Shown piece by piece: positions 10,734-20,948 of a DNA stretch of 64,000 nucleotides. The position numbers and the translations under genes were made by a program. Location: NCBI GenBank assembly GCA_001825665.1, contig MHXZ01000103.1, forward strand, positions 5,993 to 69,992, given 5' to 3'. Numbering within the stretch: the stretch's first letter is position 1; the number at the start of each line of letters is the position of its first letter. The notes under the pieces are model-generated. The model was not told the origin of the DNA. It worked only from the letters and a program-made list of their open reading frames with translations, and did not search any database. The DNA is from Planctomycetes bacterium GWF2_41_51 (GTDB taxonomy: Bacteria > Planctomycetota > Phycisphaerae > Sedimentisphaerales > UBA12454).

Positions 10734-12065
10734 TTAACGCATCTTCGGCAACATTTTGCCATGCGCATCGAACATATCATCACAAAGGTCTTTTATTTTA
10801 TCAAGAGTGAGCTCGGAGGCTGTATGCGGATCGAGCATCGCGGCCTGATAAACATAATCTTTTTTGTTATTTAAAATTGCCTCCATCGTCAGAAGTTGCA
10901 CATTTATATTTGTCATATTCAGCGCGGCACATTGCGGGGGCAAATTTCCAACGAAGCAGCCGGTTACGCCGTTTTGATTTGCCAAACAAGGTACTTCGAC
11001 AACACAATCAGCAGGCAAATTTGGAATCAGCCCATTATTGAGAACATTGCCATTGAAACCGAAAGGAATATTGTTTTCAACTGCGTTTATTATATCGACG
11101 CAGTATTCCATGGATCTCTGGTGCTGTGTATCTTTGAGTATCTGCTTTTTGAGAGCGTTCCATTTTTGGATTTGGTTTTCGCAGCGACGGGGATATTCAT
11201 CGAGTGGAATATTGAATTCGGTTATAAGTTCGGGAAATTGAAATTTGATCCAATATGGAGTGTATTCGGCATTGTGCTCGCTTGACTCGGTAATGTAGTA
11301 ACCAAAATGCCGCATAATTTCCAAACGAATCATATCATTGTGCTTTATGCCTTTACCGCTTCGGGCAAGTTCATTTATTATAAGTGCTTTTTGTTTTATA
11401 ATCGGGTAAAGGTCTTTGCCTGATTCGGAGATTTCGAGCAGCCAGGCCATGTGATTGATACCGGCAATCTTCCATCTAATCTTGTTCGTATTTAACTGCA
11501 ATTTAACCGCAGATAATAACTCGCTTACACATTTCTGTACCGAATGGCAAAGCCCAACTGTCCTGACAGAAGTGCCTTTAAGCAAGATGCCCGTGATTAT
11601 TGCCATTGGGTTAACGTAATTGAGAAACAATGCGTTTGGGCAGAGTTTTTCCATCTCAGCGGCAATTTCCAGCAACACAGTCGAAGTTCGCAGCGCCCTG
11701 AAAATTCCGCCAACTCCGAGAGTATCGCCGATAGTCTGGCGCAGGCGATATTTTTTTGGTATTTCAAAATCGATTATCGTGGAAGGCTTGTATCCACCAA
11801 CCTGTATAGCATTAATAACGTAGTCGGCTTTTTTAAGCGCTGCACCGCGTTGAGATTTGCCGAGATGTGTTGTAATCACAGCCTTGTTGGAATTTATCTT
11901 TTCGTTGAGTTTGCCTATAATCAAAGCAGAATCTTCAAGGCGGCTGCGGTCTATGTCATATAGAGCGATGCGGCATTGGCGGAGAGAATCATTTAAAAAA
12001 ATATCACCAATCAGATTTTTTGCAAAAATTGTGCTGCCTGCGCCTAAGAATGTGATTTTGACCAT
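10734..12065 (-). CDS. melA: NAD+/Mn2+-dependent alpha-galactosidase, GH4
   Basis: KITFLGAGS, QTIGDTLGVGGIFRALR, LNYVNPM, GLCHSV, AGINHMAW, TESSEHNAEY, MLDPHT. Confidence 0.85.
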   Translation of the reverse strand: MVKITFLGAGSTIFAKNLIGDIFLNDSLRQCRIALYDIDRSRLEDSALIIGKLNEKINSNKAVITTHLGKSQRGAALKKADYVINAIQVGGYKPSTIIDFEIPKKYRLRQTIGDTLGVGGIFRALRTSTVLLEIAAEMEKLCPNALFLNYVNPMAIITGILLKGTSVRTVGLCHSVQKCVSELLSAVKLQLNTNKIRWKIAGINHMAWLLEISESGKDLYPIIKQKALIINELARSGKGIKHNDMIRLEIMRHFGYYITESSEHNAEYTPYWIKFQFPELITEFNIPLDEYPRRCENQIQKWNALKKQILKDTQHQRSMEYCVDIINAVENNIPFGFNGNVLNNGLIPNLPADCVVEVPCLANQNGVTGCFVGNLPPQCAALNMTNINVQLLTMEAILNNKKDYVYQAAMLDPHTASELTLDKIKDLCDDMFDAHGKMLPKMR

Positions 12066-12077
12066 CTTGCTGAACCT

Positions 12078-13235
12078 CTAAATGCTTCTCTTGACATTCT
12101 CGAATTTTCCCCAATACTGCCCCAAATTCACGACAGCCCTGTCCTGCATGGCCTTATCGATGCCGAAACATGTAATAGCTGAAGTTATCGCATCATCAAT
12201 ACCTGTTTGCGGTTTTTTCTTTTTTGTGATCATATCAATCAGCATTTGACATAGCATCGTATCGCCATCTCCATGACCGCCACTGACACCTGTCGCAACA
12301 TCCTGAATCTGCTCATCAAAACCGACACGCCGCAGTTCAAGTTTTCCACTAATCACATCCGAACGGATTGCGCCTTCTGTTCCGCAGATATATAATCTTC
12401 GCTCGGGCAGGCCTGAATGGGAATTGCAGTGGAAAGTAGCGCGCACGCCGTTTTCAAATTCAAGTATCGAGACCTGATTATCAACTACGTCCTTTTTGCA
12501 TGTAAAAGGATCTCCTGCTTCGGGCAGAATCCATGTAAAATAAGGTTTTCTGCCCTGCTGGTCGGGCTTTAGTCTTTCGAGAAGTTTTTTATTTTCAGGT
12601 ATAAAGACATTTAATCCGCCGAAACTTGCGGCCATTACAACCTTTTTGCCGCAAAGCCAATTTACAATATCTATATCGTGGCAGCATTTTTCCAAAAGAT
12701 GTGTACCGGCGTTTTTCATTGAATTGCGCCAGCATCGCATAATGTAGCTGCCGTGATTAAAATCAAGCGTTTCATTGAATTCAAATGAAATCGGCTGACC
12801 TATTGCTCCTGAATCGATAATTTCTTTGATTTTTAAATAATGAGGAGAATACCGCAAAGTGAAACCTACCATGAACAATCGGCCGCTTCGCTGCCATGCT
12901 TTATAAATACTCAGGCAATCATCAAGAGTAGTAGCAAGAGGTTTTTCGCAATACACATCCTTGCCAGCCTCAAGAGCAGCAACGGCATGTTCTCTGTGAA
13001 AACAGTTCCACGAACCAATGAGCACCGCACTTATTGTTGGCTCGGTCACAAGTTCTCTATAATCAGCGTAGATTTTGGCTTGTGGATTAAAAAGACGGCG
13101 GAATTCTTCAACGGCTTTGTGGTCAGTATCGCACAGAGCAACTAATTTGACGCCGGATGTTTGCGTGCAAATACCTTTGAGTATATGTCTGAGCCTGCCG
13201 CCGCAGCCGATTGCGCCTATTCCAATCTCACTCAT
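12078..13235 (-). CDS. Gfo/Idh/MocA-family NAD(P)-dependent oxidoreductase
   Basis: IGAIGCGG Rossmann motif, GKDVYCEKPLA, VGFTLRYSP, LLEKCCHDID. Confidence 0.9.
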   Translation of the reverse strand: MSEIGIGAIGCGGRLRHILKGICTQTSGVKLVALCDTDHKAVEEFRRLFNPQAKIYADYRELVTEPTISAVLIGSWNCFHREHAVAALEAGKDVYCEKPLATTLDDCLSIYKAWQRSGRLFMVGFTLRYSPHYLKIKEIIDSGAIGQPISFEFNETLDFNHGSYIMRCWRNSMKNAGTHLLEKCCHDIDIVNWLCGKKVVMAASFGGLNVFIPENKKLLERLKPDQQGRKPYFTWILPEAGDPFTCKKDVVDNQVSILEFENGVRATFHCNSHSGLPERRLYICGTEGAIRSDVISGKLELRRVGFDEQIQDVATGVSGGHGDGDTMLCQMLIDMITKKKKPQTGIDDAITSAITCFGIDKAMQDRAVVNLGQYWGKFENVKRSI

Positions 13236-13242
13236 ATACTGA

Positions 13243-14775
13243 TTACCAGAAATAAATGATAAAAATAACTACCGCAACCATTGCAATTACACCAATAATT
13301 TTCACTTCGGGCGATGTTCTGACGTCAATATCTTCCCGCACAGGCAGTTTTCTGGGTGTATCGAGAGGTTTGAAGAACGTCAGAATCCCCATTATAACCA
13401 ATACCAGATTGAATGCCATTGCTACTTGCAGCAGGAAATGGATACCGGGTGCGAACCGCTGAAAAATGCCGTAAATTATGGGCCCTGCAATAAGCGCGGC
13501 AACACCTGCGATTGGGGGGGCTGTCGGAACCATCATACCAAACAAGAACGCAGCCACGACGCCGGGCCAGATGTAACCCTGGAACTGCTGGATATATTGA
13601 AAGACGCCGCCGAATTTCGGATTATCAAGTATCGGAGCGAGCAGGCAACCCACCACAACGAAAACCATTGTCATAACCCGGCCAAGAATCAGTAGTTGTT
13701 TTTGAGTCGCGTTGCGATGAAACATTCGGTTATAGATATCCATTGTGAAGATGGTCGAAGTGGAATTGAGCATTGACCCCAATGAACTGATTACCGCACC
13801 GGCAATCGCGGCAAACATAAAGCCGCGAAGTCCCGCTGGAATTAAATTGCGAATCAGCATCGGAAATGCTTCATCAGGCGAGCTCATTTGGCTGCCGTAA
13901 AGCTGATATGACATAATTCCCGGCATCACGATTGCGAATGGAACCAGAAGCCACAGCATTCCAGCAAAGATAACACCGAGCTGGCCGTCCCGCAGACTTT
14001 TGGCCGCGAGATTGCGCTGAACAATAAATTGATTAAGTCCGCAATAATAAATCAGAACAATCCACATTCCTGAAAGAACGCCTGTCCAGGGAAGTCCGGG
14101 ATGCTCCGGCGGCAGAACCATGTGCAGTTTGGCTTCGTTAATGGTTGAGAATTCTTTCCAGCCTCCGCAGGCATCCAGTCCCAAAAAGAATATGATAATT
14201 CCGCCGACAAGCAGCGCAAGTCCCTGAAACAAATCCGCCCAGGCAACCGCTTTCAATCCTCCCCAGACGGTATAAACCGCAGCAATAAGACCTATCAGCC
14301 ACACACCGTGAGTCAGCTTCAGGCCGAAGATTGTCCGCAGCGTAATCCCGCCGGAATAAAGCACAGCAGTTAAAAGTACCGCGACGTAGACAACGACGGT
14401 GGTGATTGCCATAATCCCGCGAGCGGTCGAATTGTATCGATACTCAAGGTACTCAGGCATCGTATAAATACCGGCTTTCAAAAATCGCGGCAACAGCGTA
14501 AACGCAATAATCACGATTCCGAAAGTTCCGTAAAGCTGCCAGTTACTCACCGCCAGTCCTACACTGCCGGCTCCCTGCCCGGCCATTCCCACAAACTGTT
14601 CGGTTGAAATATTTGCGGCGACTATGGAAACTCCGATGAGCCACCAGGTCAGCCCTCGACCGGCCAGAAAATAATCTTCAGAACTTTTTTCCTTTCGGCT
14701 TTTGAAGAGACTTACACCGACCACCACTACAAAGAAACCGACAAACACAATGATATCAAAAGCACTGAGTTCCAT
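13243..14775 (-). CDS. Sodium:sugar symporter (SSS, vSGLT-like)
   Basis: DYFLAGRGLTWWLIGVSIVAANISTEQFVGMAG, YTMPEYLEYRY, GGLKAVAWAD, NQFIVQRNLAAK. Confidence 0.92.
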   Translation of the reverse strand: MELSAFDIIVFVGFFVVVVGVSLFKSRKEKSSEDYFLAGRGLTWWLIGVSIVAANISTEQFVGMAGQGAGSVGLAVSNWQLYGTFGIVIIAFTLLPRFLKAGIYTMPEYLEYRYNSTARGIMAITTVVVYVAVLLTAVLYSGGITLRTIFGLKLTHGVWLIGLIAAVYTVWGGLKAVAWADLFQGLALLVGGIIIFFLGLDACGGWKEFSTINEAKLHMVLPPEHPGLPWTGVLSGMWIVLIYYCGLNQFIVQRNLAAKSLRDGQLGVIFAGMLWLLVPFAIVMPGIMSYQLYGSQMSSPDEAFPMLIRNLIPAGLRGFMFAAIAGAVISSLGSMLNSTSTIFTMDIYNRMFHRNATQKQLLILGRVMTMVFVVVGCLLAPILDNPKFGGVFQYIQQFQGYIWPGVVAAFLFGMMVPTAPPIAGVAALIAGPIIYGIFQRFAPGIHFLLQVAMAFNLVLVIMGILTFFKPLDTPRKLPVREDIDVRTSPEVKIIGVIAMVAVVIFIIYFW

Positions 14776-14875
14776 TCTCTATTCCTTAAAAGAAAGATTT
14801 TCAATTTTGGCACCAGTCAATCACGACGATTGTCGTATGGGCATTATCGTCGGCGTGTAAACGGTAACAAAATTT

Positions 14876-17671
14876 TTATTGAGCTGCAAACAAATCTTCT
14901 ATTGCGCTCAAAGGCAATACATGCGCGGGTTGAAATTTATCGCCAGCCATATAGGAAATAAGACTTCGCCTGAGCTGACGTGCGACCAACCGCTTATCTA
15001 GGTCTTTATCGATGTCGAGCGAGCAGACCAATAATTTGCCCTTGCCCACTTTCGCTTCAAAAATATACGCAAGTTTTTTAATTTGCAGGAAATTACATAC
15101 AGGCTGCACGATAGGCTTGAACCTGGGTCCCAGCGAATCAACATCAATGGCAGTAGATTCACTTGTAAGTTCCCACCATTGCCAGTTGGTATGGTAATCG
15201 GTTGTAAAGTCGGAAAGAGCCGAATGATTCGGGTCGCACAATACCCCCATCGTGCCGGGCTGATCGGGGAAATGCACGGGACTCCAAAATACAGGCACAA
15301 ACCTTGCGGATACCGCTTTTTTTATTGCTGCACGTTCCGGCGTTAAAAGAACGTTCCTGCCTTCGTCGAGCCATTTGTGGGCATTGGCATCGAATACATT
15401 TGTAATGAGCAGGTTCGGAGATTTGACGATCTCGCTGTTTGCAGGATACACCCAGATATCCCAGCCATTTCTGATATTGCTGTCAGTGGCAAAAATTTCG
15501 ACTCGTAATTTGCACGCCTTATCAACAACGTCCAGCGGAGCATTTATTTCACCAAGTTCAGAATTGCCGCCTGACTTAATGGTTTGAATTTTAAAATCGC
15601 CTTGTGCGATTGTTTTGCCCTGCTCATCATTTATTATCCATTTAAGTTGTGCATCATCTATCGCCTTGGGGCCAAAATGCGATATCATGACTTTACCCGT
15701 AAAAGATTCACTATTCTGATAAACAAATTTTGGCGTTTCAAGCAAAGGAACCGTGGTCGAGCAGAATTGTCTGAACTGCTCCGGCGATATTATTCCTTTT
15801 GAATCCCAGAATATATCGAGGATGCCCGTCAGAGCCGTACCCTGCCCCGGAAAATCGGTCAGTGAAAGCAGCTGGAAGCCATCCAGCATATCTGAACGCA
15901 AACCCAGTTCAACATCTTCCTTGTATAAAATTACCGCCAGTTTGCCTGATGCAAGCGTAAAGGAATCAGCTTGAGCGAATAAATGTTTTTCACCAAGAAC
16001 CTTTTTCACTGCTTCGAAATTCACAGGTTTCAAAACGCCGGTATATTTCTCTATTTCGTTTATGTTCGGGAAAACGGCATATTGCCCGATTTCGTGAGCA
16101 ACGGTTGGTACATCTATACCCTCAAGAGAGGAGTTGAAATTTAAAGTCGTCGATGGCTGCCTGCTGTTGAAAAATCCCTGTCCGCGAATCCAGCCGTTCC
16201 GTGTGCGCTGTGAAACAAAAAAATCATCGACCTTATCGGGCCACTCGCCATATCCCTTCTCAAATGAATATGTGGTGGCTGTGTACAGGTGACGAGTGTC
16301 GAGATTTCTAAGATGCGTAACAAGCTCCTCGATGGGTTTAAAATCGCCGCCTAATTCGTTACCCATAGACATCATGCAAAAAGATGGATGATTGCCGTAT
16401 GTTGAAATTATTCTTTCTGCCTCTGCCCTTACAAAGCTCTCTCGTGCCGGGTCTTTTCCAAAATCAAAAACCCAGATAGGAAGTTCGACCTGAAGATAAA
16501 AGCCCATCGAATCAGCAACAGCAAACGCCGCTTCAGGCGGACACCATGAATGAAATCTTACATGATTAAGGCCATAAGATTGGCAAGTTTTAAATATCTT
16601 TTCCCAATATGCGGTATCCATTGCGGGATAACCAGTCAGAGGAAAGACGCAGCATTCGACTGTGCCCCGCAGAAAAATCCTGTTGCCATTCATTATGAAT
16701 GAGCCATTTTCCGATGTCAGCTTGCGCATACCAAAATTAACTTTTTGAGTGTCGGCAAAATCGCCGCAATCCAAATCAACCTTCAATTCATAAATATTAG
16801 GCGTAAATTCAGACCATAATTTAAAATCATCGCCCATCGGATAATCAGCCGTTATGACCTGAACATCATTTTCCGTGCTGAAAGGAATGGTTACAGGTGA
16901 AAGTTTAGCATCGTATCCAACGCCGTTTACGGTGACAATCAATTTGCCCTTCGCAGATTTTTCTGTATCGTTACGCAGTTTGATGTTTAGATTTACAATC
17001 TTTTTATCTACATCAGGATAAACCTGTACATCTTCGATGTGCAATTTATCATAAGCGGCAATTTTCATATCGCCTATGACGCCGTTCCAGATAGTTTGTG
17101 TTTCTTCAGTATAAGAATGACCCAATGGTTCTTTATGACTTCTTACTGCACCGATACGGTACTTATAGGAATTATCGACTCTAATCGTTATGGTGTGCTT
17201 GCCGGGTCCGGCCTGGGAAATATCATAAATATGCGGGCTTAGCACACTATCCTGCATGCCGATTTCCTTATCGTCTACCCATAAGCGGCTCTCCCACAGG
17301 ACACGTTCGAGGGTTAAAAAAATACGTTTATTATTCCATTGCTCAGGAATGTCGATTTGTTTCTGATACCATGCAGAACCAATATATTTGAATTTCCTTG
17401 TCAGATGTTTGAGCACATCTGTCGTTAATTCCGGTTTTAGCGAAACTTCTGCGCCCAATCCGTTCTCGTCGAGTGATCCGGGAAGTTTTACAGATGTCTC
17501 AAACTCCTGAGTAAACCATTTTTGTTTTTCGCCATTTTCATTTGGGTCGAGCCTGCAAGACCACGTACCAGCTAAATCTATTGACTCTTGATTTTGAACA
17601 GCTTTTGCAGCGGGGACAATCAAGGACAGCCAAATAAATGACACGATGTGAGCGACTATTATTAGACGCAT
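14876..17671 (-). CDS. GH2-like glycoside hydrolase, secreted
   Basis: Signal peptide; LAGTW sugar-binding domain, FGMRK, GLNHVRFHSWCPP, NHPSF...GNE (acid/base), HEIGQ (putative nucleophile). Confidence 0.8.
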   Translation of the reverse strand: MRLIIVAHIVSFIWLSLIVPAAKAVQNQESIDLAGTWSCRLDPNENGEKQKWFTQEFETSVKLPGSLDENGLGAEVSLKPELTTDVLKHLTRKFKYIGSAWYQKQIDIPEQWNNKRIFLTLERVLWESRLWVDDKEIGMQDSVLSPHIYDISQAGPGKHTITIRVDNSYKYRIGAVRSHKEPLGHSYTEETQTIWNGVIGDMKIAAYDKLHIEDVQVYPDVDKKIVNLNIKLRNDTEKSAKGKLIVTVNGVGYDAKLSPVTIPFSTENDVQVITADYPMGDDFKLWSEFTPNIYELKVDLDCGDFADTQKVNFGMRKLTSENGSFIMNGNRIFLRGTVECCVFPLTGYPAMDTAYWEKIFKTCQSYGLNHVRFHSWCPPEAAFAVADSMGFYLQVELPIWVFDFGKDPARESFVRAEAERIISTYGNHPSFCMMSMGNELGGDFKPIEELVTHLRNLDTRHLYTATTYSFEKGYGEWPDKVDDFFVSQRTRNGWIRGQGFFNSRQPSTTLNFNSSLEGIDVPTVAHEIGQYAVFPNINEIEKYTGVLKPVNFEAVKKVLGEKHLFAQADSFTLASGKLAVILYKEDVELGLRSDMLDGFQLLSLTDFPGQGTALTGILDIFWDSKGIISPEQFRQFCSTTVPLLETPKFVYQNSESFTGKVMISHFGPKAIDDAQLKWIINDEQGKTIAQGDFKIQTIKSGGNSELGEINAPLDVVDKACKLRVEIFATDSNIRNGWDIWVYPANSEIVKSPNLLITNVFDANAHKWLDEGRNVLLTPERAAIKKAVSARFVPVFWSPVHFPDQPGTMGVLCDPNHSALSDFTTDYHTNWQWWELTSESTAIDVDSLGPRFKPIVQPVCNFLQIKKLAYIFEAKVGKGKLLVCSLDIDKDLDKRLVARQLRRSLISYMAGDKFQPAHVLPLSAIEDLFAAQ

Positions 17672-17701
17672 CTAAGATCCTTTCCAATGCGAGAAGAAAA
17701 T

Positions 17702-19069
17702 TTATGCTTTTGAATTAAAGTCATGCAAGGCTTTGAACATCGCCAGAATATTCTCGACCGGAACATCGCTTTGAATGTTATGAGTGCCGTTAAAAACATA
17801 ACCGCTGCCCCTGCTTAAAATTCCAAGCCGTTCATAAACCTCCCTATAAACCTCCTGAGGCGTTCCAAACGGAAGCGTCTTTTGCGTATCAACTCCGCCT
17901 CCCCAGAAAGTTATATGCCTTCCAAATTCCCTTTTGAGCTTTACGGGATCCATGCCTTGAGCAGAAAGCTGAACGGGATTAAGTATATCAAAACCCGCAT
18001 CTATCAGGTCTGGTATAAGCTCAGATACCGCTCCACATGAGTGTATAAATATTTTCCAGTTAGTCAATTGGTGAATTTTATCGTTTACCTGTTTCTGGAA
18101 AGGCTTGTAAAGACGGCGGTAAGTCTCAGGCGAGGCAAATAAACCTCTCTGGTGACCGAAATCCGTACCGCTGACGAATACCACCTGTACCATATCGCCT
18201 ACGGCCTTTGCGAGCAGTTCTATGTTTTTGAGGGCTATTTCACATTGCTTTTCAAAAACCTTGTACACATAATCGGCGCGAAGCACGGTCGAGACATACC
18301 ATTCCTCAACGTCGCGAATCCCTTTGGGGTCCTTCATCCATGTCGCAGGCACGAGCGCAACATCACCAAATGCAGCACCGCCGATAGTCATATATATTCC
18401 GCAATCAGTCTCATTGTAGAGTTTTTTGGCTGTATGGGCGTAGTAATCCAAATCAGTCTGACTTAAAACACTAAACTCCTCACAATTGTCTTCAGGATTG
18501 AGAATGCATTCGTCCAAAGGCTTCTGTCGATTCAGGGCATCAAAGAAATAACCTGTTTTCGGCATTTTCGCACAAGGCTGTGCCGTCGTGTCTCCGAGCG
18601 GATACATGAGGGTATCGCCATCTTCGGTAACTGTATAATTAAAATCGCCCGGCACCAATACCGGAGTGCCATCATTCATTTCGAACGGCTTCCAATTTTC
18701 ATTGGTGAAACCGAACATATTGCATCGTGTGGATATTCCGAGGACATCGAGACCAAGAGCCTTGTGTAATTCCGCATCGATTTCGCCAAGCATCTGATAA
18801 GGCTCAATAATCTTGACCCTGAAACCATTTACACCTAATAACGCTTTCCTCAATTTAGATACCGCTCCTGCGCCAATTCCGGTCTGTCCACCAGCCCCAA
18901 AATCGACGCACACACGATCAACTTGCTGGTGATTGAGTGTACAAATCAAACGCTGCCGCGGCGTCATCGATTGCTTTTGAAGATTGCGTTTCACGGTATG
19001 AAGCAATTCATAACTTGTATTTTTGCCAAATTTTACTTTTTGCCATTCAGCAACGCTCATTTGCTGCAC
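17702..19069 (-). CDS. URO-D/methyltransferase-like protein (start uncertain: 19069 GTG, 19060 ATG or later MTPRQR)
   Basis: MTPRQRL...LNHQQVDRV, GTDFGHQ, FIHSCG, DILNPVQ, FWGGGVDTQKTLPFGTP, HNIQSDVP. Confidence 0.8.
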   Translation of the reverse strand: MQQMSVAEWQKVKFGKNTSYELLHTVKRNLQKQSMTPRQRLICTLNHQQVDRVCVDFGAGGQTGIGAGAVSKLRKALLGVNGFRVKIIEPYQMLGEIDAELHKALGLDVLGISTRCNMFGFTNENWKPFEMNDGTPVLVPGDFNYTVTEDGDTLMYPLGDTTAQPCAKMPKTGYFFDALNRQKPLDECILNPEDNCEEFSVLSQTDLDYYAHTAKKLYNETDCGIYMTIGGAAFGDVALVPATWMKDPKGIRDVEEWYVSTVLRADYVYKVFEKQCEIALKNIELLAKAVGDMVQVVFVSGTDFGHQRGLFASPETYRRLYKPFQKQVNDKIHQLTNWKIFIHSCGAVSELIPDLIDAGFDILNPVQLSAQGMDPVKLKREFGRHITFWGGGVDTQKTLPFGTPQEVYREVYERLGILSRGSGYVFNGTHNIQSDVPVENILAMFKALHDFNSKA

Positions 19070-19108
19070 TCCAAAATGTCAAGATTTTCAATTATCATTC
19101 TCCCTTTA

Positions 19109-19168
19109 AGATTAGCAAAATACGAGATAAGTCAGAACGCCACTTTTTCACTTAGTTCCACCATTTTT
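19109..19168 (-). promoter_or_regulatory. Locus-A operator A1 plus -10 box
   Basis: + strand cgcca 19138 and cacca 19159 (21 bp period), each followed by a T-run; minus-strand TGcTAATCT with hexamer at 19109-19114. Confidence 0.6.
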
Positions 19169-19226
19169 GGCGAGTTTAACCAATAATTTGCACCCCTCAT
19201 GGTTTCTGAATTCCGCTTAAACAAAA

Positions 19227-20837
19227 TTAAACGCTCATAGTCCGATAGAAATGCATTAGCATCTCCCAGCCTATTGAAAAGGCAATCCATGCGGCTGCAA
19301 GAATCAATGCACATTTCTTGAGTCCGGGCCATGTTTTGAGACCAACAAATGGGCCTTTAACATCTTCAAGAGTATAAATAGTCAGATTTTTAAGTTTTTC
19401 GTCAGCAACAGGTGTTTCAAAAAAGCTTAACATCACTGCCAGAACGATTGTCAGTATAAACGAGAAAAACCCGATATATACAAAATTGAGTTCTGTATAA
19501 TTATCAACGGTAATCGCAGACAACAAAGAAACAATCATCGCTGTCAGAGCTGACAACGGCCCTGTTCTTTTTGAAAATAATCCCACTAAGTATATTCCAA
19601 CTACCACGCCAAGAACATCCCCGTAAAAACTCTGGATGAACGTCATGACAGAAGCACTTTTCATAATGATTGGAATCAGTAAAATTGTAATAATTAAAGT
19701 GAGAAATTCCGCAAAACGTATAAAAGTTTTGCGTTCCCTGATATTTGAGGACCTGCGAATGATTCTGAAATAAAAATCTTCCGCAAACAGCGTACTCCCC
19801 GCAGTAAGCATCCCATCAACCGTTGAAAGCAACGCGGCAAGCATACCCGCTATCAGCACTCCGCGAAGACCTATCGGAAACATATCCGTGAGAGCTTTGA
19901 TAAATGCCTGGTCAGGCAGAATATCCGGCATCATAATTCGCATCGCGCCTCCTACTAAATATGAAGCAGTAGGATAAAATACCACCAGCACGGAAACCCC
20001 CATCAAACCTTTTTGGGCGTGTTGTTCGTTTTTCGCAGCTAAAAGCCTTTGTGCCATACCGTAATTGCACGTCAGCCATCCAAGCCCTGCAATAGGCGCC
20101 CATGTCAGCACCGCCTGCATTGGGAAAAACTTGCTTGTGAATAGAGACCAATCTGACGGCGGAATAATGCTGCCGATATGTACGCCGCTGTTACCGACAA
20201 CAGCCGCTCTGGCCAATTCGCCAAGTCCGCCAAGTTTAAATAAAGCCACAATCATCACAGTAAAAAGAGTGATAATCACAAATATACCCTGATAGAAATC
20301 AAGCGTTAAAACAGTTTTCATCCCGCCGACAATTACATAAATGCCGATGATGACACAGATAAGAATTGAACTGGCAATCACCGACCAGCCCAGCAGGCTC
20401 TGCAAAAGCAAAGCCCCCATAAAAACCGCTCCGGCAAGTGTAACTACAAGGATGGCAGTCAGAACTAATGAAAATACTACACGGCTTGGCAAACTGAAAC
20501 GCTTCTCAAGATACTCCGGCGTTGTGACGATACGGCTTCGCCAGTATATAGGCACAAAAAACATAGCTGAAATCCAGCCTGTAAACCACATGTGCACAGA
20601 GTTCCATTGAATAAGGTAAAAACCCCACAAAAAACCAAGTCCTGACAGAGACATAATCGCCGGGTCTGCGGCCATTGCAAAAAGAGTCAATGCTGTTTGA
20701 TACCATGTTTGAGTCTTGCCGCCGGTGATAAAGTCCTCATCGGTCGTTCGCTTCTTGTGATAACGGCTGATAAAAAGACCGGCACCAAGAACACACAAAA
20801 AATAAATTCCTACAATAATCGAATCAATGTACTTCAT
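19227..20837 (-). CDS. Sodium:solute symporter (SSS)
   Basis: DEDFITGGK, TTPEYLEKRF, GGMKTVLTLD, AQRLLAAKNE, GLRGVLIAGMLAALLST; RBS GGAGG. Confidence 0.9.
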   Translation of the reverse strand: MKYIDSIIVGIYFLCVLGAGLFISRYHKKRTTDEDFITGGKTQTWYQTALTLFAMAADPAIMSLSGLGFLWGFYLIQWNSVHMWFTGWISAMFFVPIYWRSRIVTTPEYLEKRFSLPSRVVFSLVLTAILVVTLAGAVFMGALLLQSLLGWSVIASSILICVIIGIYVIVGGMKTVLTLDFYQGIFVIITLFTVMIVALFKLGGLGELARAAVVGNSGVHIGSIIPPSDWSLFTSKFFPMQAVLTWAPIAGLGWLTCNYGMAQRLLAAKNEQHAQKGLMGVSVLVVFYPTASYLVGGAMRIMMPDILPDQAFIKALTDMFPIGLRGVLIAGMLAALLSTVDGMLTAGSTLFAEDFYFRIIRRSSNIRERKTFIRFAEFLTLIITILLIPIIMKSASVMTFIQSFYGDVLGVVVGIYLVGLFSKRTGPLSALTAMIVSLLSAITVDNYTELNFVYIGFFSFILTIVLAVMLSFFETPVADEKLKNLTIYTLEDVKGPFVGLKTWPGLKKCALILAAAWIAFSIGWEMLMHFYRTMSV

Positions 20838-20879
20838 AGTATTTATTTTCCTCCATGATTTTCCTTAGAATGTTTTTAT

Positions 20880-20916
20880 AAAAAAACCGCGATGGCGCAA
20901 AATTGCAGTCGCGGTT
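20880..20916 (-). terminator. Probable intrinsic terminator after pilin gene
   Basis: Stem AACCGCGA (20885-92)/TCGCGGTT (20909-16) with a minus-strand T-run. Confidence 0.6.
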
Positions 20917-20948
20917 CTAAATCATGACTTTACCCTGAGCGTTTGAAA

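Noticed and set aside
14820-14856. Nested inverted repeats in the GH2-SSS gap as an ncRNA or riboswitch
   Set aside because: Short imperfect stem with no recognisable family motif; at most a processing or stability hairpin
19057-19098. 13-aa ORF MIIENLDILECSK overlapping the URO-D ATG (ATGA)
   Set aside because: Its RBS would straddle the predicted transcription start; too short to support
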